Shown: one piece after another, positions 1 to 9,757 of the stretch
Layout of the letters: every line of letters begins with the position of its first letter
Position numbering within the stretch: the first letter of the stretch is position 1
NCBI RefSeq assembly: GCF_001306055.1
Contig: NZ_LGHJ01000019.1
Span: forward strand, 1-32,000
Source of the DNA: Bellilinea caldifistulae
GTDB lineage: Bacteria > Chloroflexota > Anaerolineae > Anaerolineales > Anaerolineaceae
DNA: 32,000 nt
Direction of reading: 5' to 3'
The notes under the pieces: model-generated
The model's input: only the letters and a program-made list of their open reading frames with translations
Database searches by the model: none
What the model was told of the DNA's origin: nothing
Program-made: the position numbers and the translations under genes

Positions 1-732
1 CTTCTCCAGCCGCGGCAGGCAGTCGTCTTGCAGCTTCTTCAGCGCTTTGCGCGCCGCCCGGCTTTCTTCTTCCCGCTGTGGACGCTCGCGCAGCCGCTGG
101 TTCAGTTTCTCGATGCGCGCCCGCAGGTGTTCGGCATCTATCTCCCCACTACTGCTTTCCGATCCGCCGCGTTCCTCCAGGTCTTCCTCCCCATACGTAG
201 CCTGCTCGACTTCGTTCTCCGCTTCGATCTGTTTCAGCAGTTCCTCGATCTGCACGCGCACGCGCTTCTGGTAGGTGTTTTTGCGTTTCGCCCACACCAC
301 TTTGTGTTTGTTGGCGTCCGCTTCGATCTTCGTCCCGTCTATGAAATACGTCTCCAACTTGACCTTGCCCACCTCGATCAGATACGCCAGTACCTCGCCA
401 AACACTTCATCAATCACTCCCTTCATCCGGCTGCCGCGAAAGTCGTTGATCGTGCGAAAGTCCGGGCGGTTGCCCCCGCTCAGCCACATGAAGTGGATGT
501 TCTCCCGCAGCGCTTTGGCGATCTTGCGCGAGGTATAGATCTTCTGGGTATAGGCATACACCAGCACCTTCAAGAGCATCTTTGGATGATAACTGGAAGT
601 GCCTCCCCCCTTGTATTGTGCCAGTAGGGGGCTCAAGTCAAGCTGGTCGATCGCATGGTTCACCACCCGCACCAGGTGGCCTGGCTCGATGAGGTCATCG
701 TAACTGGGTGGCAGCAGATAAGGTTGACCCAT
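1..732 (-). CDS. DDE transposase, IS5/IS1182-superfamily (DUF772-type N-terminal domain); 5' part only, C-terminus lies beyond the left window edge
   Basis: Not in the ORF track because it runs off the edge. The reverse complement from ATG (732-730) reads MGQPYLLPPSYDDLIEPGHLVRVVNHAIDQLDLSPLLAQYKGGGTSSYHPKMLLKVLVYAYTQKIYTSRKIAKALRENIHFMWLSGGNRPDFRTINDFRGSRMKG... and stays open for 244 codons to base 1. The YHPKMLLKVL..YAYTQ..SRKI...WL motif block is typical of this transposase N-terminal domain. The listed + ORFs 28..627, 47..274 and 275..538 are its antisense shadows. The exact IS family is uncertain. Confidence 0.8.
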   Translation of the reverse strand, partial: MGQPYLLPPSYDDLIEPGHLVRVVNHAIDQLDLSPLLAQYKGGGTSSYHPKMLLKVLVYAYTQKIYTSRKIAKALRENIHFMWLSGGNRPDFRTINDFRGSRMKGVIDEVFGEVLAYLIEVGKVKLETYFIDGTKIEADANKHKVVWAKRKNTYQKRVRVQIEELLKQIEAENEVEQATYGEEDLEERGGSESSSGEIDAEHLRARIEKLNQRLRERPQREEESRAARKALKKLQDDCLPRLEK

Positions 733-809
733 CACATAAGGTTTGAAGACAGGAGCGGCAGGTTTTCTTTTCATGCCCCCATTGAATCACGTTTCTCCTA
801 AAAAGAAAA

Positions 810-837
810 GGGCTGTCCCTTACTTTTTGGACAGCCC
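810..837. other. Perfect 9-bp stem hairpin (GGGCTGTCC-N10-GGACAGCCC) between the transposase start and the MFS gene; possible IS-end or insulating terminator
   Basis: Read directly from the sequence. On the minus strand the stem is followed by TTTTCTTTTT, so it would terminate transcription reading leftward into the transposase. Confidence 0.4.
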
Positions 838-880
838 CTGTTGTTTAAGTTACATCTCAATTCCTCAAGGGAGTATAAGG

Positions 881-2272
881 ATGGATAACTCAATCACTGA
901 AGAACGAATCCCTTGGAAAAGCCGCATCTGGATTTCGCTGGCTGATTCATCGGTTGCCATGCTGCAAACCATCGTTGGTGGTGGCGCTCTCACGTATTAC
1001 TTCACGCGGGTTCGTGGTCTTGAACCGAATTTAGCCGGTCTGGTCTGGTTACTTTTCGGTATCTGGAACGCCATCAATGACCCTCTATTTGGGTTCATCA
1101 GCGACCGCACCAAATCCAAACTGGGACGCCGGCGGCCCTACATTCGCTACGGCGCGCCGCTCCTGACTCTTGGCTTCATTTTCCTGTGGCTAGACCTGCC
1201 TGCTTCCCAGGTTGTAATGTTTTCCCAGATGCTGATTGGTTTATTTTTTTACGACATTCTCTATACTGCCATTGCCACCAGCATCTACATCATGCCTTAT
1301 GAAATGGCGGTTTCCAACAAAGCCCGCAGCAGTATTTTTATCTGGAAAATCATCTTCATGATTTTTCCAAACGTTTTACCTTTTGTCATTGCCGCAATTC
1401 AGCCCGGCCCTGGGGATGACCCCGCCGCCTATCGCTTCCTTCTAATCGGGATGGCCATTGTGTTAGGGCTGATTGTCTTTTCCAGCACCTTTTTTTACGA
1501 GGAAAAAGTTTTTACCCAACAAGACGAGCAGTTTCCCTTTCTCAAGTCATTGAAAGAAAGTTTTCTCAACTTTGCCTTCGTCATCTTTCTGGTAGTCAGT
1601 TTTACCGTTATTTATATACAAACAAGTCTGATGCAGGGCGTAGCCTATTACTTCGATGAAATCATGATCACACCGCTGCCGCTTTATCTTGGTTTGGCGG
1701 CCGGGATTGTGTTTGGAATCTGGTTTTGGATTCGCCAGCGTGATCCGTGGGGTGTGAAGACCTGCGTCCGCGTTTGGCTGGCTGCCTTTGCAGCCGGCTG
1801 TGTAATCATGCTGCTAGGCGGGAAAATGCTGATACCCGCCGTGGCCGGATTTTTCCTGATAGGCGTCGGTTTTGCAGGCGGAATGTACTTGATCCCGATC
1901 ATGAACGGAGATGTGATTGATTACGACGAACAACGTACCGGCTTGCGTCGCGAAGGGATGTACGCCGGGATTAACAGTCTGGTTACCAAGCCGGCCATCA
2001 GCCTCGCTCAAGCTGCATTTCTCTGGATTTTACAGGCTAACGGCTATGATCCTCTCTTGCCCAAAGGCTTGCAAACCGCTCAGGCTGAAAACGGTATTTT
2101 GCTGGCATGGATGTTGATACCAGCCATCCTCTTGACCATCAGCTGGTTGACCATGCGCTGGTACCCACTGTCCGGTTCACAATGGGATGAAGTCAAACAA
2201 AAATTAGCCGTGATTCACGATGAAAAAGAACGGCTGGCATTGCAAAAACTCCACTCCAAAACAGCCGACTAA
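881..2272 (+). CDS. MFS transporter, glycoside-pentoside-hexuronide (GPH)/MelB-like sugar:cation symporter family
   Basis: ORF 743..2272. The likely true start is ATG 881 (MDNSITEERIPWKSR...), preceded by AAGGGAG at 868-874. It has about 12 hydrophobic segments and a GPH-like DPLFGFISDRTKSKLGRRRPY motif after TM2. The upstream 46 codons of the listed ORF lie in the intergenic/IS-end region. Confidence 0.8.
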   Translation: MDNSITEERIPWKSRIWISLADSSVAMLQTIVGGGALTYYFTRVRGLEPNLAGLVWLLFGIWNAINDPLFGFISDRTKSKLGRRRPYIRYGAPLLTLGFIFLWLDLPASQVVMFSQMLIGLFFYDILYTAIATSIYIMPYEMAVSNKARSSIFIWKIIFMIFPNVLPFVIAAIQPGPGDDPAAYRFLLIGMAIVLGLIVFSSTFFYEEKVFTQQDEQFPFLKSLKESFLNFAFVIFLVVSFTVIYIQTSLMQGVAYYFDEIMITPLPLYLGLAAGIVFGIWFWIRQRDPWGVKTCVRVWLAAFAAGCVIMLLGGKMLIPAVAGFFLIGVGFAGGMYLIPIMNGDVIDYDEQRTGLRREGMYAGINSLVTKPAISLAQAAFLWILQANGYDPLLPKGLQTAQAENGILLAWMLIPAILLTISWLTMRWYPLSGSQWDEVKQKLAVIHDEKERLALQKLHSKTAD

Positions 2273-2424
2273 CCCTTGGCAGCGGAAAATAATGACGTTT
2301 GTAAGGTGACAGGTTGGACTTAACCGATACAATTAAGGTGTGATTGAAGGAGACCAACTTAATCCTTCATCTCATCGTCTATTTCAATCCCACCCTATCC
2401 CTTCCCGGAGAAAGCGAGAGTCCC

Positions 2425-3450
2425 ATGCGTAAAGAAGTGGTCCTGATCACCGGTGCAAACGGTGAAATCGGTCATGGTTTGATCACTCATCTTGGCAGAG
2501 AAGGCAAAGTGGACATTGTTGCACTGGATGTACAGCCACTGGATGAATCCCTGCGCCAGTATTGCCTGCGTTCCATTCAGGGGGACATTCTGGATGGTAT
2601 GTTGCTTGGCAGGCTGGTAGCCGAGTTTGAAATCCGCACAATCTATCATCTGGCATCTATCCTTTCGACAAAGGCAGAATACAACCCCGAAACCGCCCAC
2701 CGCGTCAATGTCGAAGGCACTCTCAATCTCCTGCGGCTGGCTGTGGAGCAATCCGGCTGGCAGGGACGGCCAGTAAAATTTATCTACCCATCCTCTATCG
2801 CTGCCTATGGTTTGCCCGATTTGGAAACCAAACTGAACGCGGGAAAAATAAAAGAGTGGATGTGGCTTGAACCCACTACCATGTATGGCTGCAATAAGTT
2901 GTACTGTGAACATCTCGGACGGTATTACACCCGGCATTACCGACAATTGGCCGCCGACCATACCCCAAACACAATTGATTTTCGCTGTATTCGTTTTCCC
3001 GGATTGATCAGTGCAGATACTGTTCCAACCGGCGGCACCAGCGATTACGGCCCGGAAATGCTCCATCATGCTGCTCAGGGTGTGCCGTATGCTTGCTTTG
3101 TCCGTCCCGATACCTGTCTGCCCTTCATGGCTATGCCTGATGCGGTTCGTTCCCTGCTGATGCTGGAAAGCGCCCCCAAAGAGAATTTGAAACATCTGGT
3201 TTACAATGTGACCAGTTTCAGCGTTACGGCGCAGGAAATTTACGAAATTGTGATGAATGCTTTTCCAACGGCGCAAATCACCTTCAAACCACACCCTAGC
3301 CGACAGGCAATTGTGGATTCCTGGCCAGCAGACGTGGACGACAGCGCCGCCCGTAAAGACTGGGGATGGTTCCCGGAATATAATAAGGAACGCGCCTTCA
3401 ACGAATATCTCATCCCTGCCATCAAAGAACGTTATGGGGTCAAGGTTTAA
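2425..3450 (+). CDS. NAD-dependent epimerase/dehydratase-fold protein, L-threonine 3-dehydrogenase-like (extended SDR)
   Basis: ORF 2344..3450. The start is taken at ATG 2425 (MRKEVVLITGANGEIGHGL, a Rossmann GxxGxxG motif), preceded by GGAGAAAGCGAGAG. A YGCNK (YxxxK) catalytic motif is present. The 360-aa minus ORF 2395..3477 is its antisense shadow. Confidence 0.75.
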   Translation: MRKEVVLITGANGEIGHGLITHLGREGKVDIVALDVQPLDESLRQYCLRSIQGDILDGMLLGRLVAEFEIRTIYHLASILSTKAEYNPETAHRVNVEGTLNLLRLAVEQSGWQGRPVKFIYPSSIAAYGLPDLETKLNAGKIKEWMWLEPTTMYGCNKLYCEHLGRYYTRHYRQLAADHTPNTIDFRCIRFPGLISADTVPTGGTSDYGPEMLHHAAQGVPYACFVRPDTCLPFMAMPDAVRSLLMLESAPKENLKHLVYNVTSFSVTAQEIYEIVMNAFPTAQITFKPHPSRQAIVDSWPADVDDSAARKDWGWFPEYNKERAFNEYLIPAIKERYGVKV

Positions 3451-3467
3451 AATTGGGGAGAAGCACA

Positions 3468-4016
3468 ATGACCACACCGGAAAAAATCACCCTTACGCCG
3501 GCAGCCGATGAAAAAGTTGTGCCGTTGATGGTTTATCTCCCCGGCAAGTTGGTTTGGGGAGATGCAGTGGTCAAAGAAGCCATACGAGTGAGCACCTGGC
3601 TGCGGACAAACGTTGCCCCCGAAGTCCTGACGCTTTTTAACGCAAAAATGCTGATACCGGCAGCCGGCGCAAAATTAAAACCAATTTTCCAACCGGAATT
3701 AAGCATCTTTGTCAGTCAGATTATCGCCTATCATTTAATCCCTCCTCATCAGGAACCACCCGATTTCGACCCCACTGAACCCAACCGCATTATGGAACCG
3801 GTTACCCTTTGGGTGGACACTTTCCGAATGGAAGGGCACCTGCGACTTTCGGCTCTTTCCTCGGTAAAGAAATATCTGGATGTTACGCGCGAGGCTTTCA
3901 CCTCCATTTACGATGTGGAAATTTCGAACCCGCTCTTGCCAGAAATGGGCACCCTGAAAGTGCCTTATTTAATCGTGAGGCAAAACCTGGCGCTTTACGG
4001 CAAAAAAACCGGTTAG
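3468..4016 (+). CDS. Hypothetical protein (182 aa), probably co-transcribed with the upstream dehydrogenase
   Basis: ORF 3453..4016. ATG 3468 is preceded by GGGGAG. I recognise no domain. Codon usage resembles the neighbouring genes. Confidence 0.55.
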   Translation: MTTPEKITLTPAADEKVVPLMVYLPGKLVWGDAVVKEAIRVSTWLRTNVAPEVLTLFNAKMLIPAAGAKLKPIFQPELSIFVSQIIAYHLIPPHQEPPDFDPTEPNRIMEPVTLWVDTFRMEGHLRLSALSSVKKYLDVTREAFTSIYDVEISNPLLPEMGTLKVPYLIVRQNLALYGKKTG

Positions 4017-4124
4017 CAGAAAGAGATTGTTCACTCCTCTCTCACTCTCGAATTTTGATAGAAATCTTACAAAATTCGGGTAATATAATGACGTCATTTT
4101 TAGAACCACTCCGGAGGACTCGAG

Positions 4125-6005
4125 ATGTCTCAGGCCGTTTCACAACACAACGCACAACCCGTACCCTTCAAGGCTGAAACCCGACAGTTGCTCAACATTC
4201 TGATCCACTCCCTTTACTCAGAGAGGGAAGTGTTTTTACGTGAACTCATCTCCAATGCCTCGGATGCGCTGACTCGTCTTCATTTTGAAACCCTCATCAA
4301 TCGCGAAATTATTGACCCCGAAACCGAATTGGCAATCTGGATTACAAGCGACCCCCAGCAGCGCATATTGATGATCCGCGACAGCGGGATTGGCATGAAT
4401 GCCGAAGAATTGAGCCAGAATCTGGGTACGATTGCCCATTCAGGCGCCAAAGCATTTTTAGAAGCGGCTCAAAAGGGAGACACAAAACTGAATGACATCA
4501 TTGGACAATTTGGGGTCGGTTTTTATTCCGCCTTCATGGTAGCGGACAAAATCGAAGTTGAGTCCCGCTCTTACCGTCCCAACGACTCTCCAGCCCGCTG
4601 GATATCTAGGGGGGAAGATACCTTTACCATCGAGCCTGCTGAAAAATCCGAACGAGGAACAACGGTAAAAATATTTCTCAAAGAAGATGCGGCTGAATTT
4701 TGTGACGAAAATCGGCTGCGTCAGATTGTCAAAAAACATTCCGACTACATCCCTTATCCGATTTACATTGGCAATGAACAAGAACCTGCCAATCGCCGTA
4801 TGTCTTTATGGCGTCAGCCACCTCATCAGGTTGGGGAAGATGAGTACCGAGATTTTTACCGCCAGTTCACACTGGATTTTCAAGACCCGCTGCTCAAACT
4901 TCACCTTGCCATTGATGCACCCGTGCAACTATATGCTTTGCTGTACATACCCGCAAGCCCGGAACGCAATCCCTTTGGTTTGAGAAAAGAAGAAGGACTG
5001 AAACTCTATGCCCGAAAAGTCCTGATTCAGGAATACTGCAAGGATCTATTACCACCGGCTTTCCTTCATTTCATGGATGGTGTGGTGGATTCGGAGGATT
5101 TACCCCTGAATGTGTCCCGAGAGTCAATTCAGTCCAATCGGGTCATGGCACAAATCAAACGGATTTTGACCAATAAAATCCTGGATACCCTGAAAGCCCT
5201 CGCAAAGGAGAAGCCGGAAGAATATAAACGCTTTTGGATTGCTCATGGCCGCAGCATTCGAGAAGCCATCGCCACCGAGCCTGATCTTGTAAGCGCCTTG
5301 CAGCCCCTCCTGCGCTTTCACTCGCTCAATCACCCGCAGGAGTGGATCTCGTTGGATGATTATTTGATGAAATCTCCTGCAAACCAGACCTGCATTTATT
5401 ACCTAATCGGCGATTATCAAAAGAGCCTGGAAAACAGCCCGCATCTGGAAATTTTCCGCAGTCGCGGCATGGATGTCCTCTTTATGACCGATCCCCTCGA
5501 TCCATTCATGGTCTTGCGAATGCCGACCTATAACGGTCATGATCTGGTCAATGCCGCCGGCGAAGATCTCAAACTACCGAAAGAGAATTCCGCAGAAACC
5601 CCTACAACCGTTTCGGCAGATAAACAGAGCGAGGATCTTGTTCAACGCTTCAAGAAAGTGCTGGGTGAGCGGGTCAGTGACATCCGCCTTTCAACCCATC
5701 CGCTCCAGGCTCCACTTCGGTTGGTCATGCCGCAGGGAGCGCTTCAGCCAGAAATACAAAAAGTTTACCGGCTGCTCAATCAAAATTTTGAACCTCCAAA
5801 ACCCATTCTTGAACTCAATCATCAGCATCCCATTCTGACATCCATGCTTAAATTCCCGCCCGAATCGCCCATTGTTCAAAAAACTATCGAGTTACTTTAT
5901 GAAAATGCCCTGTTGGTCGAAGGGCTTCACCCCAATCCGGGAGAACTCGCTCCGCGCATTCAGGACTTAATTCAACTTGCTTTGGAGAAAACCCCTCATG
6001 AATAA
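4125..6005 (+). CDS. htpG: Molecular chaperone HtpG (Hsp90 family)
   Basis: The N-terminal GHKL ATPase signature is FKAETRQLLNILIHSLYSEREVFLRELISNASDALTRL, followed by IGQFGVGFYSAFMVADK. The protein is 626 aa, and GGAGGA lies upstream of the ATG. Confidence 0.95.
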   Translation: MSQAVSQHNAQPVPFKAETRQLLNILIHSLYSEREVFLRELISNASDALTRLHFETLINREIIDPETELAIWITSDPQQRILMIRDSGIGMNAEELSQNLGTIAHSGAKAFLEAAQKGDTKLNDIIGQFGVGFYSAFMVADKIEVESRSYRPNDSPARWISRGEDTFTIEPAEKSERGTTVKIFLKEDAAEFCDENRLRQIVKKHSDYIPYPIYIGNEQEPANRRMSLWRQPPHQVGEDEYRDFYRQFTLDFQDPLLKLHLAIDAPVQLYALLYIPASPERNPFGLRKEEGLKLYARKVLIQEYCKDLLPPAFLHFMDGVVDSEDLPLNVSRESIQSNRVMAQIKRILTNKILDTLKALAKEKPEEYKRFWIAHGRSIREAIATEPDLVSALQPLLRFHSLNHPQEWISLDDYLMKSPANQTCIYYLIGDYQKSLENSPHLEIFRSRGMDVLFMTDPLDPFMVLRMPTYNGHDLVNAAGEDLKLPKENSAETPTTVSADKQSEDLVQRFKKVLGERVSDIRLSTHPLQAPLRLVMPQGALQPEIQKVYRLLNQNFEPPKPILELNHQHPILTSMLKFPPESPIVQKTIELLYENALLVEGLHPNPGELAPRIQDLIQLALEKTPHE

Positions 6006-6978
6006 ACCTGCCGTTTGGTTAACTCGACGTATTTACGAGCCTGCGGTTCAAAAAATTTCTACGGTTGCGCAGGTCGAAATCTGGCCGGCGGAGTACCCTC
6101 CTCCGCCGGAAGTCATCTTGGAGAAAGTTCAAGGTCTGGATGGTCTGCTGACGATGTTGACCGACCCCATAACGGCTGCAGTGATTGAAAATGCTCCCCA
6201 TCTCAAAGTCATCAGCCAGATGGCCGTGGGTTTTGATAACATTGACATCCAAGCCGCAACTCGCCATGGAATCCCGGTAGGCCATACCCCCGGCGTGTTG
6301 ACTGAAACCACCGCCGATTTTGCCTGGGCGTTGCTGATGGCAGCCGCTCGGCGGGTTGTCGAAGCCGACCGCGAAGTTCATCAAGGCATCTGGCGGGCGT
6401 GGGGACCGGATGTTCTGACGGGCATGGATGTCCACGGCGCCACCTTAGGCATTATCGGCTTTGGACGGATTGGGAAGGCGGTTGCCCGCCGTGCCCTCGG
6501 TTTTTCAATGAAAGTCCTCTACAACGACCCCAAACGGGATGAACAGGCTGAGAAGGATTTCCGTGTAGAATATCGGAATCTGGATGATCTGCTTCAGGAG
6601 TCGGATTTCATCAGCCTTCACACCTACTACACCCCTCAGTTACATCATCTCATTAATCGCCAGCGTTTTGAGCAAATGAAAGATGGGGCAATTTTGATCA
6701 ATACAGCCCGCGGTGGTCTGGTGGACTACCAGGCTCTTTATTGGGCATTAGAGTCAAAAAAGCTTGCTGCGGCCGCGCTGGATGTCTTTGACCCCGAACC
6801 CATCCCACCCGGTCATCCTTTGTTACACTTTCCCAATCTTATAATCACCCCGCACATTGCCAGCGCCAGCACCCGTACTCGTCAAAACATGGCCCTGATT
6901 GCTGCGGAAAACCTGATTGCCGGATTGCGAGGTGAAAAACTGACTTACTGTGCCAACCCTCAGGTCTACAACGTCTGA
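5998..6978 (+). CDS. D-isomer-specific 2-hydroxyacid dehydrogenase (glyoxylate/hydroxypyruvate reductase-like)
   Basis: ORF 5977..6978. The likely start is ATG 5998 (MNKPAVWLTR), which overlaps the htpG stop (ATGAATAA). An NAD-binding GIIGFGRIGKAVARRA motif and the catalytic R..E..H pattern (NTARGG ... TPHIASAS) are present. Confidence 0.85.
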   Translation: MNKPAVWLTRRIYEPAVQKISTVAQVEIWPAEYPPPPEVILEKVQGLDGLLTMLTDPITAAVIENAPHLKVISQMAVGFDNIDIQAATRHGIPVGHTPGVLTETTADFAWALLMAAARRVVEADREVHQGIWRAWGPDVLTGMDVHGATLGIIGFGRIGKAVARRALGFSMKVLYNDPKRDEQAEKDFRVEYRNLDDLLQESDFISLHTYYTPQLHHLINRQRFEQMKDGAILINTARGGLVDYQALYWALESKKLAAAALDVFDPEPIPPGHPLLHFPNLIITPHIASASTRTRQNMALIAAENLIAGLRGEKLTYCANPQVYNV

Positions 6979-7166
6979 TTAACGCTCAAATTGTGATGAA
7001 AATACCTCAAAAAAGGGATTTTTGTTAACTCAAAATTCGTGATAAATACGGTATCCTTATAACAGTTTGACAGACAACTATGCTCTATTCTGACCTTTGC
7101 CGTTTTTCTTCTTGGGAAGGGAACAGAATTTGAATCTATCATCATATTCTTTCTGGAGGAACACTC

Positions 7167-9278
7167 GTGGACCAAAAAGCTCTGAATGGCTTACTCAGGC
7201 CGAATAAAATTGCGGTGGTGGGGGCCTCTGCAACCCCCGGAAAAATTGGTTATACAGTTGTGAAAAATTTACTGGAAGGCGGTTATCAAGGAAAAATCTA
7301 TCCCGTCAATCCCTCCGCAACAGAAATTCTGGGCTTGAAAGTATATCCTTCCATCCGTGATATCCCTGAAGACATTGACGCTGCCATCATTACCATCCCG
7401 GCAAAGGCAGTACTACCCACCGTTGATGAATTGGGCGCCAAAGGCGCAAAAGGGATGATTGTCATCACCTCCGGCTTCAGTGAAGTTGGTTTGAAAGAAC
7501 TGGAACGCGAACTGGTCGAAAAGGCCAACAGTTACGGTATTCGCGTATTGGGACCGAATATCGTGGGTGTGCTTTCAAATTCTGACAAGATGAACGGTTC
7601 TTTTGCCCCCTTCCTACCTTTGGAAGGTAAGGCTTCACTGGTTTCCCAATCGGGAGCGCTGCTGATTGCCATTGATGCCGCCAGTTATATTCGTCGGGTT
7701 GGTTTTGATAAGCTCATTTCGATCGGCAACATGTCCGATGTGGATTTTGCCGACCTGATTACCTGGCTGAACGAGGATCCCAACACTTCCTGCATTTCTC
7801 TTTACATCGAAGGTTTTCGGGATGGGCGGCGATTTATCGAAGCAGCCCGCAATGCGAATAAACCCATCATCGCTCTCAAAGCGGGTGTTTCAGCGCATGG
7901 CGCAGCTGCTGCTGCCTCGCACACCGGTTCGCTTGCCGGAGCCGCCAAAGTGTATGGGGCTGCTTTCCAGCAGGCCGGCGTGGTTCAGGCAACTGACCTG
8001 AACGATCTGTTCAACCGCACCTTATCCCTCTCCCTGCAACCGCCCATGAAAGGCGATAACTTACTGGTCATCACCAATGGCGGTGGTGTAGGTGTTCTGG
8101 CAACCGACGCCGCAGAAAAATCGGGCGTCCCGCTTAAATTTGCCCCAGCAGATGTGCAGGCTGAGTTAAAGAAGCACATGCCTGAATTTGGCTCGGCCAA
8201 AAATCCGGTTGATCTGACCGGAATGGCCGGGACAGAGTGGTATCAGGCTTCCATCCGCTTTGCCTTTGCCCATCCATGGGTTGACGGTCTGGTTGTTCTC
8301 TATTGTGAAACCGCCATGACTGACCCGCTGGAAATTGCCAAAGGCATCAAAAAAGCCATTGTCGATTCGGGTGTGACCGATAAGCCAGTGACGGTTTCCT
8401 TCGTAGGTGGTGAAAGATCCGAAGAAGCCATGCGCTGGCTGGTTGAAAACGGCATACCGGCTTATGGTGCCCCCGATCTGGCGGTTAACGCCATTGCCGC
8501 CTTGCGTGAATATGCCCGTATGAAAGAAATTGTCCGCGAGGAAGCCATGCCTTGTCTGGCTCAGGATCGAGAGCGTGCCTTGAAGATCATTAACAAAGCT
8601 CGCAGCGAGGGGCGCGACTCGTTGACCGAGATCGAAGCCAAGGAAGTCTTCGAGTGCTACGGTTTACCGGTAACCCCCACCCGCCTGGCGCGCAACGAGG
8701 ACGAGGCTGTGGCTCTGGCTCGCGAAATCGGTTATCCGGTTGTAATGAAAATCGTCTCCCCCGACATCCTCCACAAGTCGGATGCGGGTGGCGTACGGGT
8801 CAACATCAAAGATGATGCTGGCGTTCGCGAAGCCTTCAAAACGATTATGAAGAACGCCAAAGAATACAAGGCAACCGCCAATATTCATGGTATTGCTGTA
8901 CAGGAAATGGCCCCGTGGGGCACCGAGGTCATTCTTGGCTCGGTCAACGATCCAACCTTTGGCCCAACCATGATGTTTGGTCTGGGCGGCATCTTTGTCG
9001 AGGTTCTCAAGGATGTCACCTTCCGTGTTGCGCCGGTGACGTCCAGCCAGGCTTTGCGCATGCTGGACGAGATTCGGGGTGCCCCCATTATTGCTGGTGT
9101 GCGCGGTGAGGCCCCGCGTGACCGTCAGGCGCTGGCTGATGTGATTTGTCAGTACTCGACCATGATTCTCGACCTGGCTGATGAAGTAAGCGAATCGGAC
9201 GCCAATCCCGTCTTGGTTTACGAATCCGGCAAAGGACTGAAAGTGGTGGATGCCCGCATCATCCTCAAGAAAAAATAG
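7167..9278 (+). CDS. Acetate--CoA ligase (ADP-forming) family, fused alpha/beta (CoA-binding + succinyl-CoA-synthetase-like + ATP-grasp domains)
   Basis: GTG start at 7167, preceded by GGAGGA (7155-7160). The N-terminus has the CoA-binding motif IAVVGASATPGKIGYTVVKNL..IYPVNP. The central region contains AAAASHTGSLAG, which includes the phospho-His loop. The C-terminal part is an ATP-grasp domain (GYPVVMKIVSPDILHKSDAGGV). Length is 703 aa. Confidence 0.88.
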   Translation: MDQKALNGLLRPNKIAVVGASATPGKIGYTVVKNLLEGGYQGKIYPVNPSATEILGLKVYPSIRDIPEDIDAAIITIPAKAVLPTVDELGAKGAKGMIVITSGFSEVGLKELERELVEKANSYGIRVLGPNIVGVLSNSDKMNGSFAPFLPLEGKASLVSQSGALLIAIDAASYIRRVGFDKLISIGNMSDVDFADLITWLNEDPNTSCISLYIEGFRDGRRFIEAARNANKPIIALKAGVSAHGAAAAASHTGSLAGAAKVYGAAFQQAGVVQATDLNDLFNRTLSLSLQPPMKGDNLLVITNGGGVGVLATDAAEKSGVPLKFAPADVQAELKKHMPEFGSAKNPVDLTGMAGTEWYQASIRFAFAHPWVDGLVVLYCETAMTDPLEIAKGIKKAIVDSGVTDKPVTVSFVGGERSEEAMRWLVENGIPAYGAPDLAVNAIAALREYARMKEIVREEAMPCLAQDRERALKIINKARSEGRDSLTEIEAKEVFECYGLPVTPTRLARNEDEAVALAREIGYPVVMKIVSPDILHKSDAGGVRVNIKDDAGVREAFKTIMKNAKEYKATANIHGIAVQEMAPWGTEVILGSVNDPTFGPTMMFGLGGIFVEVLKDVTFRVAPVTSSQALRMLDEIRGAPIIAGVRGEAPRDRQALADVICQYSTMILDLADEVSESDANPVLVYESGKGLKVVDARIILKKK

Positions 9279-9296
9279 GGCATAACAATAAACGTT

Positions 9297-9340
9297 ATCA
9301 AGCCGGGCGATCAAAGATTCTGCCCGGCTTGATTTTTTTA
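9297..9340 (+). terminator. Rho-independent terminator shared by the convergent genes ending at 9278 (+) and 9338 (-)
   Basis: The 12-bp perfect stem ATCAAGCCGGGC (9297-9308) / GCCCGGCTTGAT (9322-9333) is followed by T7 (9333-9339). Confidence 0.75.
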
Positions 9341-9757
9341 CTTCTGGGTTTGTAAAAGCCGTTGCCAGGCCCCTTTCCAGGGTGTACCAAGGCGGTTACG
9401 CTCAGCCACCTGAATCTTCTGTAATTTTTGAGCAATCCACACAGAAAGCAAAGCAACCTGATTCCAATCCTCGTCCTTTAGAGACTCCAGCATTGCCCGC
9501 CCCAATTGATTGACCCACTCCCACTCCATACGAAATCGCTCAGCCTTGACCCAGTATCCCCGCTTTTCCCATGCCTGAACCGAAATATCAATGGTTTCGC
9601 CAATTTCAATCAAGGCCAGGCCGATAAATGCTGCCAGATCACGAGTATTTTCATCGGCCTGTTCTTGCTTCATCAATTCCCGGATTGCCAGAACAACCCC
9701 TTTGGTCAATTGTGTCCGTTGTTTTCCAGCGCTTTCCGGGTTAATTAAGCGGCTCAT
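9338..9757 (-). CDS. Hypothetical protein (139 aa)
   Basis: ORF 9338..9943. The start is taken at ATG 9757 (MSRLINPESAGKQ...), preceded by GAGGAG. The longer N-terminal extension would run through the tRNA promoter and att region. No domain recognised. Confidence 0.55.
   Translation of the reverse strand: MSRLINPESAGKQRTQLTKGVVLAIRELMKQEQADENTRDLAAFIGLALIEIGETIDISVQAWEKRGYWVKAERFRMEWEWVNQLGRAMLESLKDEDWNQVALLSVWIAQKLQKIQVAERNRLGTPWKGAWQRLLQTQK

Noticed and set aside
28-627. The 199-aa + strand ORF (and nested ORFs 47..274 and 275..538) at the left edge
   Set aside because: The translation is low-complexity and Leu/Arg/Phe-rich, with no recognisable domain. The opposite strand encodes a clean transposase N-terminal domain across the same bases, so these are antisense shadows.
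743-880. N-terminal extensions of listed ORFs (743..880 of the transporter, 24369..24539 of the Fe-S flavoprotein, 9758..9943 of the 139-aa protein, 13271..13405 of the 126-aa protein, 16104..16196 of the RHH protein)
   Set aside because: Each extension starts at a non-ATG codon or one without an RBS, and runs through promoter, repeat or att sequence. In each case an internal ATG with a good Shine-Dalgarno coincides with the start of the conserved domain.
2395-3477. The 360-aa minus-strand ORF
   Set aside because: It lies entirely antisense to the well-supported Rossmann-fold dehydrogenase (2425..3450). It has no motifs or RBS and is a typical shadow ORF. The same reasoning applies to 8664..9314(-) versus the ACS gene, 18746..19402(-) versus clpP, 28976..29809(-) versus relA/spoT, 6019..6435(-) and 17643..18098(-).
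4017-4124. Heat-shock operator (CIRCE or HAIR) upstream of htpG
   Set aside because: No TTAGCACTC-N9-GAGTGCTAA or CTTGAGT-N7-ACTCAAG inverted repeat is present. Only a CT-rich direct-repeat-like stretch (CACTCCTCTCTCACTCTC) is there, and it does not form a palindrome.
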